From an uncultured virus (IMG/VR IMGVR_UViG_3300044858_004828) (lineage: Duplodnaviria > Heunggongvirae > Uroviricota > Caudoviricetes), in the IMG/VR virus record IMGVR_UViG_3300044858_004828: 64,000 nt of DNA. One strand, 5' to 3'. Below the pieces are notes generated by a model that saw nothing but the letters and a program-made list of their open reading frames with translations, did not search any database and was not told the DNA's origin. Numbering within the stretch: position 1 is the stretch's first letter; the number at the start of each line of letters is the position of its first letter. The position numbers were made by a program, and so were the translations under genes. This document shows positions 42,886-51,838 of this stretch, one piece after another.

Positions 42886-43518
42886 TTATAGTGTAGTGTA
42901 TATTACAGAAACTCCAGCGGGGACTACATATGTTTCTAAAAAGTTTTTATAATTTAAGATGGTGTCATAATATGCAGAATCAACTTTTATAGTAATTATA
43001 CCAGAAGTAGATGTGCCTACTACTACAGAATCCCATGGAATTCCTAGTAAATTTGATATTAAGTATTTTATTGCTTGGGGTGTACCCTTGACATTAAAAT
43101 AATTTGCATCTGCATTTATTGCAAATTTTCTAACATTTGGGATTAAAGATGAAAAATTTTGCTGGCTAAAGTCAGCACCGGGAAAGTAAAAATCAATATA
43201 AACTTCTAAAAATATTTCATTTGCTAATGGTATTGTTCTTATCTTTTCCCAATCCAACTGAGCGCCATAACCATGTTCCAGAGACAGCAACCATCTCATG
43301 TAATTTTTTACTATTTTTGTTACCAAGACCTCTGAATTATTTTCCGCAGCTTTAACAATCCAAGAGGGGAACAATGATTCTATAGTGAGTTTATCTGCTA
43401 ACCATTTTTCATTTTCAATATCATAGTAATCAGAATTATACAATGCTTTTGCTCTTTCAACTAAAGCATTAATTTTTCCATTTATAGTTGCTGGCTGTGT
43501 ACTAAAAAATATTATCAT
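42886..43518 (-). CDS. Baseplate wedge subunit, gp7-like (very short)
   Basis: IESLFPSWI...KNYMRWL, KGTPQAIKYL and VPAGV motifs typical of gp7/P2-gpI; follows gp6. Confidence 0.7.
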   Translation of the reverse strand: MIIFFSTQPATINGKINALVERAKALYNSDYYDIENEKWLADKLTIESLFPSWIVKAAENNSEVLVTKIVKNYMRWLLSLEHGYGAQLDWEKIRTIPLANEIFLEVYIDFYFPGADFSQQNFSSLIPNVRKFAINADANYFNVKGTPQAIKYLISNLLGIPWDSVVVGTSTSGIITIKVDSAYYDTILNYKNFLETYVVPAGVSVIYTTL

Positions 43519-44591
43519 TGTTGATATACCACTGTAATCCCTGCTGGTGCCAATCCAGAAAGATATGTTAATAGCTTAGAAATATTTTCAGATGTAAGAC
43601 CAGAAACGTAAACTTTAACTTCTCCGGGATAAGATGTATTTCCTACAGAGATTAAAGTTTCATCTGAAGTACCAGATATACCAGAACTGAGAATAGCATT
43701 TTTATAGTCGTTTATTGTCACACACCGTTCTTGTCCAGTTGCTTTAAAAAGAAGTTTTGCTCTGGCTTCTGCCACAGAAATTTGGTTATAACCATTGCTG
43801 GGCAACGCAAACGTTCCAAATGTGACATCGCTTCTTGGAGTAATAGTTGCACTGTTTGCAACGTTTCCATTTGAAAGAATTGCTTGAATCAAAATATTGC
43901 TGTTTGTGAGCACTTCTCTAGAGGATGCAAAGTTGTTTGTAACAAGATATCCTTGGGGTGCATTCATTACAGTAAAATGAGTATTGTTTCCAGCAACAGT
44001 TGTACTGGATTTATCCACCCGAGTCCATTTTATGACTTGGTTACTTCCAATTTGCGTCTCATACATGTTAATTGTAGACGGATCAACATTAAATGGAAGA
44101 ATGCAGCTTTGAGTGTCGTAATCGTAATTTGTAAAGCTTACTACTTCAGTACCCGAATACAGAGTTATGCTCTTTGATGTATTTGGCAAAACCTGTTCCG
44201 TATTAAAGAAAAACACATCAGCACCATTTGTGGCTCTTGCCTTGAAGGTTGTGTAATCTTCAAGTGTTACGCCAGCAGTTGTTACGGTTCTCTGTGCTCT
44301 TGCTGATTGTATTGGTGCAACCAAAACAGAAGAATTGGCAGCAATCCCCAATACAGATTCCATCACATTTGCTGTGGTTGCAAAACTATTAACAAAGCCA
44401 AATTGGGCATAAACACCATTATAAGCAGTAACTGTGGCAAGAATGTTTAATAACAGGTTTACAGAGCTAGCTTCGTTTCTAAAATCTAAATCTTTTAAAT
44501 CGCTTTGTTGTTCTAAAAATGTTATAAGAGATGATTTAATATCATCAAAATCCAATGAGGCTACGTTTAAATTTGTTAATTGGTATGTCAT
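43515..44591 (-). CDS. gp6: Baseplate wedge subunit (short)
   Basis: SLDFDDIKSSLITFL.QQ..LKD.DF..S.V..LLNILA, QERCVTINDY. Confidence 0.85.
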   Translation of the reverse strand: MTYQLTNLNVASLDFDDIKSSLITFLEQQSDLKDLDFRNEASSVNLLLNILATVTAYNGVYAQFGFVNSFATTANVMESVLGIAANSSVLVAPIQSARAQRTVTTAGVTLEDYTTFKARATNGADVFFFNTEQVLPNTSKSITLYSGTEVVSFTNYDYDTQSCILPFNVDPSTINMYETQIGSNQVIKWTRVDKSSTTVAGNNTHFTVMNAPQGYLVTNNFASSREVLTNSNILIQAILSNGNVANSATITPRSDVTFGTFALPSNGYNQISVAEARAKLLFKATGQERCVTINDYKNAILSSGISGTSDETLISVGNTSYPGEVKVYVSGLTSENISKLLTYLSGLAPAGITVVYQQ

Positions 44592-44968
44592 GATATATCT
44601 ACCTCAACAAAGCAAGAAGCATTGTTTTGTGTTTTGATTCCGTCAAATATGCTAAAATTTATTTGAAAAGAAAGTTGTTCATCTTCTTGAGACAAAAGAT
44701 CTACACGGACATCACTTATTTTGGGTATTGCTGCCTGAATATAAGCTGACAAATTTAACTCCAATAATCCGGGATCGTTTGTACCAAAAATATAGCTAAA
44801 GTAATCGGAACCCATATTCATATCAGAAATGAGTTCTCCCTTTTGAGTTTTAAGTATATGCTCAATATATTGAGAAATGGCATTGAACCCAGTCACGATA
44901 CCAACGTCTTTTTTGGTTTGTGCTGTTTCTACTTTTTCTAATAAAATTGAAAAATCTTTTATGGCCAT
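44588..44968 (-). CDS. gp25: Baseplate wedge subunit / sheath initiator
   Basis: KDVG...NAISQ.I..IL.TQKGE....MGS...F; size and synteny fit. Confidence 0.85.
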   Translation of the reverse strand: MAIKDFSILLEKVETAQTKKDVGIVTGFNAISQYIEHILKTQKGELISDMNMGSDYFSYIFGTNDPGLLELNLSAYIQAAIPKISDVRVDLLSQEDEQLSFQINFSIFDGIKTQNNASCFVEVDIS

Positions 44969-44981
44969 CTAGATATTTAGT

Positions 44982-45812
44982 TTAGGTATAATCGGCTGCA
45001 TAAGTTCCACCAGCAGCTGATGGAGATAGGTTTTCTGGTATTTTTGATACAGATAAAGCAGTTTCGTGTGTTTGATTTGTTACAACATGCTTTACACCTA
45101 TTATGTAATAATAGTCATTCAAAGGCGATGATGTGCTAGAATATGGATAACCGCTAGCAGCGTCCACATCTATATAAACGACTTGTCCTATTTTTAAATT
45201 AAAATCACCAGCTACTGTAAAATCTGCTTTTTGTCCATATTTAAAAGCATCTAAAAATTCTACTCTTTTTATTGGAGTTATTTTTGGAGTGTTCCAGAAT
45301 GTAGCCACATTCTGTCTTAGCTTTAAATAGTTTACAAAGTTTGGACCTATGTCGGGACAGGTGCAACTCAACGATGCCTCTGGTGTACCCCACAAGCATC
45401 CAAGCCAGCTTTGAGATAATGTAGTTGTTATTTGTTCACATTCTACAGAAGGCTTATCTAAGTAAAGATCTACTGGAGTAAATGTATTTGTTAAATTTGG
45501 GTTAGGTAAAGTAGAACCTGTCCATAGAGTATAATTGTATTTTTTACCACCGGATGTTCCAGCACCACCAGATGCCCCAGATGCCCCAGATGCCCCAGAT
45601 GCCCCAGATGCACCTTTTATAAATCCAAGATATTCTGCAATATCTTTGATTCCACTAAATCTGTCAAAACATTGATCTAATGTGTCTGGTATTCCAGTTA
45701 CACCTCTTGTTATTGAAGAATTAGCACAAATATATACATCTCTTGAATTTAAACCGTATAGGGCTTCTTGACCATAATTTGTACCATATGTTTTAATCTG
45801 TCTGGTTGTCAT
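44982..45812 (-). CDS. Protein ending in a gp27-hub-like C-terminal segment; contains a (GAS)n linker
   Basis: FTVAGDFNLKIGQVVYI...YYYIIGVKHVV...HETALSVSK resembles the end of gp27/gpD hub proteins. Confidence 0.6.
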   Translation of the reverse strand: MTTRQIKTYGTNYGQEALYGLNSRDVYICANSSITRGVTGIPDTLDQCFDRFSGIKDIAEYLGFIKGASGASGASGASGASGGAGTSGGKKYNYTLWTGSTLPNPNLTNTFTPVDLYLDKPSVECEQITTTLSQSWLGCLWGTPEASLSCTCPDIGPNFVNYLKLRQNVATFWNTPKITPIKRVEFLDAFKYGQKADFTVAGDFNLKIGQVVYIDVDAASGYPYSSTSSPLNDYYYIIGVKHVVTNQTHETALSVSKIPENLSPSAAGGTYAADYT

Positions 45813-45824
45813 TTTATAGATCCT

Positions 45825-47837
45825 TTATCCCGTATTGTCACCACCACCACCACCGCCACCACCACCAGTTGTCGTGGACACACAGCAACCATCAAAAGCA
45901 TTTTCTGCTGTAAAGTAATATACAACATTATTGCTTTCAGTATATTTACACAATTTAACTATATGAAATATATCCTCACCACTTGGAACCGGATTTTCTT
46001 TTGCACCAATAGGACGGAATTGAAATCCTTCTGGCACACATTCAGTAACATAACCAGTTGGTATGTAACCTGCGGTGATGCCCCTTTCATTCAAATTTAT
46101 AGCCCAAGTATCATCTTGTGTTCCCGAAGATTGAAGAGAATCGAAAGACCATTTTTCTATTTGGTAAAATAGAGCAACATCACAACCAGCTCCACTTGCA
46201 CCACTAGCTCCACTTGCACCACTAGCTCCACTAGCTCCTGATACACCTGTTGCTGCAGAAGCACCGCTAGGTCCATCAAATTTTAACTTAGCCCACTGAT
46301 ATCGATATTTTTTACCAAAGTCGTTTCCTTCCGGGCAATTGCTATCTTCTTCATACCTCAACAATGCAGCAAAGAAACATTCCTCATCTTTTTTATTTCC
46401 CATACAACAAAGAGAGTACATTATAAAATTTTGTAATTCTATTTTTCTTATCTCTTCAAGTCTGGCAGCAGCCCCAGACGCACCAGACGCACCAGCAGTA
46501 TTTTCTGCTAAAAATGAATTGTATCGTATATTCATTACCTTTTGCAAATAGGTATCATTACCGGGAACCAGTGCTGCAGAACCTATACTGTCTGGATAAT
46601 TTGGGTGCACCTCAGTCATGTCAAACATGTTTTTCCACATTTCTGTGTTATCAACAAATTGCATATAACCAGAGGATCCCATAAAATTCATTTTGGAATA
46701 AACATTTTGTGTTCCGAAGTTTTGCCCAATTAAAGCGTGCTGCGAAGAATTATCAATTGATTCCAATCCATCGTAGTAGCCCCAATATGAATCATAAATT
46801 ACTTGCTCTGCACCGGGAATTGCCACACCTGTTCCATCAGTATCTATAAGCTCAATATTAAATTTTTGTCCTTCATCTTGAAACTGATACATTAAAGATT
46901 TGTAATTATACGCATCTATCTCATCGGAGTTTGTTATGCCTGCGGGCACCAAATCTAAAACCTTTGGTGTCTTCTTGATGTAATAATAGTTTTTAGATAT
47001 AAATTGATAAGCTGGGTTTGTAGTAAAAAAATAAGCTTTTCTATAAACTTTTTCATCTGAAAGTTTTTGAATTACCGAATCGCCATCAAATATACCAATT
47101 CTTCTGTAGTTGGCGTCAACAGTTGCCGCACTCGGATCATCTTGCGGATTTCTGTGAAAATATTTAAAGTTTACGCTTCCATCAAATTCTGTCCAAAACA
47201 TGTACTGTGGTACGCCGTATTGCACACCAGCATGAACTGTCGATACTGCACCAGATGCAAGATAGTTTAAGTAATCTATAGGGTTGTCTGCTACCGCTTC
47301 TTGTCTGGCTTCAACGGTATTCAGCGGCCTATACAATACATAGTTTGAAGTGGGGTCATTATATCCACCAGCACCACCAAATGCTGTTTGTTTTACCAAA
47401 TCAACAAATTCATTTATTAAATATACGTTAGGTTGTTTTATACCAAGTGAAGTATTCAAAGATGACTTTTGTACTTTGGTATAATATTCATTTGAAATGT
47501 AGATTCCTACAAAATTTTCTTCAGTTTCGGATGCGGCATTGTTCAAGTAACTAACGCTGGTGATAACAGAAAACCATTTATTTCCATTAAAAAATTCTAT
47601 AGTAACTTTATCAATGTTATACCGTTTTATACGGCCTACGATGTCTTTTGTGTCTCTGACTATAACTACGCCATTTGGAAAAACATCATTTACATTTTCT
47701 ACTAGCTCTAATCTTTCAAATTGGCATTCTGTATTTTGTATTAATATGTTTACAGATTCAGAATTATAGCTACTCTGCAAGTAGATTGCTTTAACTGTAG
47801 AATATGCTGGATTAAATTGACCTTGTGTATTGGGCAT
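45825..47837 (-). CDS. Baseplate hub-like protein (gp27-like N-terminus) with extra C-terminal domain
   Basis: Follows gp53. LELVENVNDVFPNGVVIVRD and YMFWTEFDGSVNFK resemble hub domains; (GAS)n tracts present. Confidence 0.6.
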   Translation of the reverse strand: MPNTQGQFNPAYSTVKAIYLQSSYNSESVNILIQNTECQFERLELVENVNDVFPNGVVIVRDTKDIVGRIKRYNIDKVTIEFFNGNKWFSVITSVSYLNNAASETEENFVGIYISNEYYTKVQKSSLNTSLGIKQPNVYLINEFVDLVKQTAFGGAGGYNDPTSNYVLYRPLNTVEARQEAVADNPIDYLNYLASGAVSTVHAGVQYGVPQYMFWTEFDGSVNFKYFHRNPQDDPSAATVDANYRRIGIFDGDSVIQKLSDEKVYRKAYFFTTNPAYQFISKNYYYIKKTPKVLDLVPAGITNSDEIDAYNYKSLMYQFQDEGQKFNIELIDTDGTGVAIPGAEQVIYDSYWGYYDGLESIDNSSQHALIGQNFGTQNVYSKMNFMGSSGYMQFVDNTEMWKNMFDMTEVHPNYPDSIGSAALVPGNDTYLQKVMNIRYNSFLAENTAGASGASGAAARLEEIRKIELQNFIMYSLCCMGNKKDEECFFAALLRYEEDSNCPEGNDFGKKYRYQWAKLKFDGPSGASAATGVSGASGASGASGASGASGAGCDVALFYQIEKWSFDSLQSSGTQDDTWAINLNERGITAGYIPTGYVTECVPEGFQFRPIGAKENPVPSGEDIFHIVKLCKYTESNNVVYYFTAENAFDGCCVSTTTGGGGGGGGGDNTG

Positions 47838-47838
47838 G

Positions 47839-48678
47839 TCAACTATATTTAACTGTTATAAATTGGGTTTTTAGTGTGCCTATTTCACTCGGCAAAAAGC
47901 ACAGAACATTTTTTGATTTATCTTCAATAAATTTTGTAACTGTGACAGGAATAGTTTCGGTTGGCTGAACTGGAACTGGTTCCGGCTTTTTCTCATCGGT
48001 TGTTTTGTTTGAAGAATATGTATTTTTAAAAATTATTTTACCGTCTTCTGGTTTTTTTAATTGGACCGTGGTATCTAGATATTTTTGTTTATTGCTGACA
48101 TATGCATTGTTATATACAGCATAACCCGTTGAGGTTGGATAAACTATTGTGAGTTGCTGTCCCGTGGACCCTGTCGGAGTTAAGAAAGAATATGTCGCAC
48201 CTTTCTGATCTTTTATTACCATGTTTCCATCATAAAAGGAGACAGATTCAATTATAGAAATTGGACCATTTAAATCAAAATTGCCAGTGGATCCATAACT
48301 TGAGCAAGAACCAGTATTTGCAACATATGGTGCTATTATACTTCCTTTTGGAAATGCAATGCCTGTTGTACCGCTGACATCTTCTACAGCAGCAAAATTT
48401 ATTTTATTTTCATTCGTATTTGTAAACAAGACGGTGTTCTCTGACAACAATTCAAATGGATTTATTTTTTTAGCAGCGAGTAAAAACGCCCAAAAGTTAT
48501 TTGGATCTTGATAAACCTTAAAACTAGCTTCAAGCAATGTTGTTTTTGAGTCTACCAAAACTTGATCAGTTGGCAGTCCAACTGCATCTGCATCAATATA
48601 GGTAAAAAAACTTGATATATTAAAGTTTCCAATTGTAGATGCAAAAGATCTTTTTGGAAGATTTTCAAAGTATTTCAT
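47839..48678 (-). CDS. gp53: Baseplate wedge subunit (LysM-like)
   Basis: MKYFENLP start, SFKVYQDPNNFWAFLLA..INPF. Confidence 0.75.
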   Translation of the reverse strand: MKYFENLPKRSFASTIGNFNISSFFTYIDADAVGLPTDQVLVDSKTTLLEASFKVYQDPNNFWAFLLAAKKINPFELLSENTVLFTNTNENKINFAAVEDVSGTTGIAFPKGSIIAPYVANTGSCSSYGSTGNFDLNGPISIIESVSFYDGNMVIKDQKGATYSFLTPTGSTGQQLTIVYPTSTGYAVYNNAYVSNKQKYLDTTVQLKKPEDGKIIFKNTYSSNKTTDEKKPEPVPVQPTETIPVTVTKFIEDKSKNVLCFLPSEIGTLKTQFITVKYS

Positions 48679-48683
48679 AAGGA

Positions 48684-49505
48684 TTATCCATTATACCCAA
48701 AGTATCTATAAGATATTTCAGACTTAGACCACGTAGCATTTAATTCTGGTACATAAGTTCCGGTTTCGAATTCTGTAAATACTAAACCCAAAAGGGTTAC
48801 TGATGAAGCTCCGTTTGGCAAATATCTTATTACTGTATCCGCATCATCATTCTTCTTTACTATTACCGTATTAAGCACACAAACTAAAGGCTCACCGAGC
48901 CAGTTTGCTGTCAGATTTGCATCCCCGCCTAAAGCCACACCGTTGCCACGCGAAACACTCAATGTCCATAAATTTTGAGGATAAGACCTTTCTGGTAAGT
49001 TTGAAGCAACTGTTGGATATGATGTTTTTCTAAAAGTACCAACAATGTTTTCAATAGCTATGGATTCTTCGTCGCTTTTTGGTACAAGGACATATTGGAA
49101 AAAATACTGTTTTCTTCCTTCAGATATCATCGTCATTTCTGCGATGTTGCTAAATCTTCTATATGTTGAAGTGGCAAACATTCTTTCATGATAAAATAAT
49201 GCTGGTTGCATAACTCTTGCTATCATATTTCCAGCACCAGAGAGATTTACTCCCCCGCTATTTGCTAATCCAGCTCTGCTAAGTATTGGGCCTACAGGAT
49301 TGTTATTGCTTTCACCATAATTATGTTGAATGGTGTATCCCGGCTCCTTTGGCATCGGAAGCTGTAGATGGGCAAAAGATCTGTTTATTACACCAGATCG
49401 TGTTCTCTCAAAATTTTTAAGAGAATAGTTTGCAGCATAAAAGTTCATCCATAAAGGCTGTTCTGCTGCATAAACACCAAATGGATACTTGTAGGTCGAT
49501 GGCAT
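48684..49505 (-). CDS. gp48: Baseplate tail-tube cap
   Basis: Start MPSTYKYP at 49505 (the track start overlaps gp4). LQLPMP, RKQYFFQYVLVPKSDEES..IENIVGTFR...YP, CVLN, LVFTEFE. Confidence 0.75.
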   Translation of the reverse strand: MPSTYKYPFGVYAAEQPLWMNFYAANYSLKNFERTRSGVINRSFAHLQLPMPKEPGYTIQHNYGESNNNPVGPILSRAGLANSGGVNLSGAGNMIARVMQPALFYHERMFATSTYRRFSNIAEMTMISEGRKQYFFQYVLVPKSDEESIAIENIVGTFRKTSYPTVASNLPERSYPQNLWTLSVSRGNGVALGGDANLTANWLGEPLVCVLNTVIVKKNDDADTVIRYLPNGASSVTLLGLVFTEFETGTYVPELNATWSKSEISYRYFGYNG

Positions 49506-49513
49506 TTCTATAC

Positions 49514-49537
49514 TATTTAGATAAAATTCTCTAAATA
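49514..49537. promoter_or_regulatory. Back-to-back late-promoter-like boxes (TCTAAATA on each strand)
   Basis: TATTTAGA at 49514-49521 and TCTAAATA at 49530-49537, between divergent gp48 and gp4. Confidence 0.7.
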
Positions 49538-49542
49538 ATTTT

Positions 49543-49962
49543 ATGGCGTATAGGACCAAATACACACCTATAAATAAAGAAAAATATATAGGAGACAGTA
49601 CAAAAATTACATGCCGTTCCTTATGGGAACGAAATGTATGTAAATTTTGTGATGAAACTCCCAGTATAATTAGGTGGTCGTTTGAGGAAATAATCATTCC
49701 ATACGAAAACCCATTAGACAAAAAGCTTCATAATTACTACCCGGATTTCTTAATTCAAGTCAAAAATAACGATGGAATAAAAACACTGATGGTGGAAGTA
49801 AAGCCAAAGAAGCAGACATACTTAAAGGAAAATGCTTCTAAGAAAGAAAAGATCACTTGGATCGTAAACACAGCAAAATGGAAAGCAGCCGAAAGTTACT
49901 GCAAAAAACATAATATGGAATTCAAACTCGTAACAGAAAAAGAGATATTTGCAAATGGCTAA
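49543..49962 (+). CDS. gp4: Head completion nuclease (TnsA-like PD-(D/E)xK)
   Basis: KYTP.N.EKY.GD..KI.CRSLWER, WSFEE..IPY, YYPDF, EVKP.KQT, N.AKW.AA. Confidence 0.95.
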   Translation: MAYRTKYTPINKEKYIGDSTKITCRSLWERNVCKFCDETPSIIRWSFEEIIIPYENPLDKKLHNYYPDFLIQVKNNDGIKTLMVEVKPKKQTYLKENASKKEKITWIVNTAKWKAAESYCKKHNMEFKLVTEKEIFANG

Positions 49963-50518
49963 CTCAATTGTAAACATTAAAGAATACTTTGAACGGCATA
50001 ACGGCCTCCAAAGAAACAACAGATATTCTTTATCTTTTTCCGGATTGCCAAGTTTACTCCCACAATTGCAAGAAGACGACATTCAAGCTTTGGCCGTCTC
50101 TATGGGCGCAAGAGCGATAGACTCTCTGGCAGACAATTTGGCTGGTTATGGCTCGGGTAGAGCTGTTCCACGATCTCAAAGATTTGTGCCCGGTGTAATG
50201 TTGACCTTTGCCGTAACAAACGATAATTTTATTACAGATTTTTTTAATAATTGGTTTAACTTAATTTATTCAGGTGGAAACATCAAAGGAAATCAAAGCG
50301 CGCCGTTTCAGCTTTCCTTCTATAATGACATAATTTACAATTGCAAGTTGAATGTAAAACTTTTAGACCCAAATGGCAATGTGAATCGTATTTACACGTT
50401 TTATGAAGTTTATCCGCTTGAATCTATACCAGTTGAATTAAATATGATTGAATCAAACAAATACATGGTGTATCAGGTCCTGTTAAATTACAGAGAATTT
50501 ACATTTAAGGCACAATAA
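49955..50518 (+). CDS. gp54: Baseplate tail-tube initiator (tube-fold)
   Basis: GLQRNNRY, FFNNWFNLI, FYNDI, YTFYEVYP, LNYREF; lies between gp4 and gp26. Confidence 0.72.
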   Translation: MANSIVNIKEYFERHNGLQRNNRYSLSFSGLPSLLPQLQEDDIQALAVSMGARAIDSLADNLAGYGSGRAVPRSQRFVPGVMLTFAVTNDNFITDFFNNWFNLIYSGGNIKGNQSAPFQLSFYNDIIYNCKLNVKLLDPNGNVNRIYTFYEVYPLESIPVELNMIESNKYMVYQVLLNYREFTFKAQ

Positions 50519-51183
50519 TGGAAAATATAGTCAATTTTTTGAATTCCACTCTTCCTTCTTACGAAACAACTTTACCTTTTTCTAAAAAAGTCGTATCATT
50601 TACTCCATTTAAAGTAAAGGATGCAAAAAATATCGCAATAATATTGCAGGAAAACAATAAAAAGCTTGCATTAAAGTGTATGATTGACCTTTTAAAGACT
50701 TGCGCACCGACTTTTGTGTCAGACGATGTCTGTTTAGCCGATGCCGAGTACTTATTTTTGCAAATTAGATCCAAAAGTGTAGACGAAGTACTAAATTTAG
50801 TAAGAAATAATGAAAAAATTCAAGTAAACATAGCAGAAATAAAAACAAGAAACAATATTTTGTCAGAAAAAATAGAAATTGGCCATTCTATTGTATTGCA
50901 TCTGCAGACCCCAACTGTAAAAGACCTTCTTAAACTTCCTTCTTTGGATAAAGAAGATCTGATAAAGGCATGTATACAAAAAATTACTATTAAAAATGAA
51001 GTATTTCATACAAATAAATTTATTTCAGAAGAAATAAAAAATATTTTGGACAACTTGCCACTGTCAGTTGTACCAAAATTGGATAGCTTCTTGAAGCGAC
51101 AACCAGAACTTTATATAAACCTGTCCTTTGAAAATGAAGAAAAGGAGGTGACAGGTTTACTCAATTTTTTTATCTTTCGGTAA
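50518..51183 (+). CDS. gp26: Baseplate hub assembly protein
   Basis: LPSYETTLP.SKK.V.F.PF.VK, DAEYLFLQIRSKSVDE, C-terminal GLLNFF. Confidence 0.9.
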   Translation: MENIVNFLNSTLPSYETTLPFSKKVVSFTPFKVKDAKNIAIILQENNKKLALKCMIDLLKTCAPTFVSDDVCLADAEYLFLQIRSKSVDEVLNLVRNNEKIQVNIAEIKTRNNILSEKIEIGHSIVLHLQTPTVKDLLKLPSLDKEDLIKACIQKITIKNEVFHTNKFISEEIKNILDNLPLSVVPKLDSFLKRQPELYINLSFENEEKEVTGLLNFFIFR

Positions 51184-51377
51184 AGTTTTTTGATTTAAAA
51201 AATTATTTTATAACAAACTTTACCTTGATAAACAATTTTAATTGGTCGCTTGAAGATATAGAAAATTGCATATTCTGGGAAAGAGACATTTATCTAAAAC
51301 TTGTTGCGGATTACGAGGAAAAGAAAAAACAAAAACAAATGCAAAAAATGGCCTCTGGAGATTACTTTAACCTATGA
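51165..51377 (+). CDS. gp51: gp51-like C-terminal domain in the -1 frame, with no canonical start upstream of the motif
   Basis: -1 frame open 51138-51377: ...FFDLKNYFITNFTLINNFNWSLEDIENCIFWERDIYLKLV...; matches the gp51 C-terminal motif. Confidence 0.75.
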   Translation, partial: FFYLSVKFFDLKNYFITNFTLINNFNWSLEDIENCIFWERDIYLKLVADYEEKKKQKQMQKMASGDYFNL

Positions 51378-51808
51378 ACGAACAATCAAATAATTTTTCA
51401 ATTGATGTACAGGCAGAAGTTGATGCTGCATCTAATTTGAATACAGAATTGACAGGAGAACCATCTACTATTGTAAATGTTTTAAAAGATATTCCTCTAC
51501 CAGAAACAATTTTTTATACAGCTACAAACATAGATATAGAATCCGGAATAAAACCTCAGATATCTTCCTTAGACACTGACGTAACAATCAAAGTCGATGC
51601 TGAGGAGGCTTATTCTAAAGCAGAAGAAACAGAAAAAAGACTAAATGAAGTCCGCGATGGTATGCTGGACATGTACAACAATATGATGAATTCATGGTTG
51701 CCAAATAACAATAAAGATGATTTTGAAGAAAGGCCAACCACAGAACCTCAAAATTTAATATTTGAAAATAGGCGTGATAGAATGAGTATGGCCCCAAAGT
51801 GGGCTTAA
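51374..51808 (+). CDS. Acidic hypothetical protein
   Basis: ATG overlaps the gp51-like stop (ATGA); 144 aa. Confidence 0.7.
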   Translation: MNEQSNNFSIDVQAEVDAASNLNTELTGEPSTIVNVLKDIPLPETIFYTATNIDIESGIKPQISSLDTDVTIKVDAEEAYSKAEETEKRLNEVRDGMLDMYNNMMNSWLPNNNKDDFEERPTTEPQNLIFENRRDRMSMAPKWA

Positions 51809-51811
51809 AAT

Positions 51812-51838
51812 AAAAAAGGCCCCTTTCGGGGCCTTTTT
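51812..51838. terminator. Bidirectional intrinsic terminator
   Basis: AAAAAGGCCCC-TTTC-GGGGCCTTTTT between convergent genes. Confidence 0.9.

Noticed and set aside
49506..49721. N-terminal extension of gp48 in the track
   Set aside because: It overlaps gp4 on the opposite strand; a late box directly precedes the ATG at 49505.
49543..49962. TnsA-like nuclease as evidence of a Tn7-like element
   Set aside because: Sequence and synteny match T4 gp4 head completion protein; no other transposon genes or ends are present.
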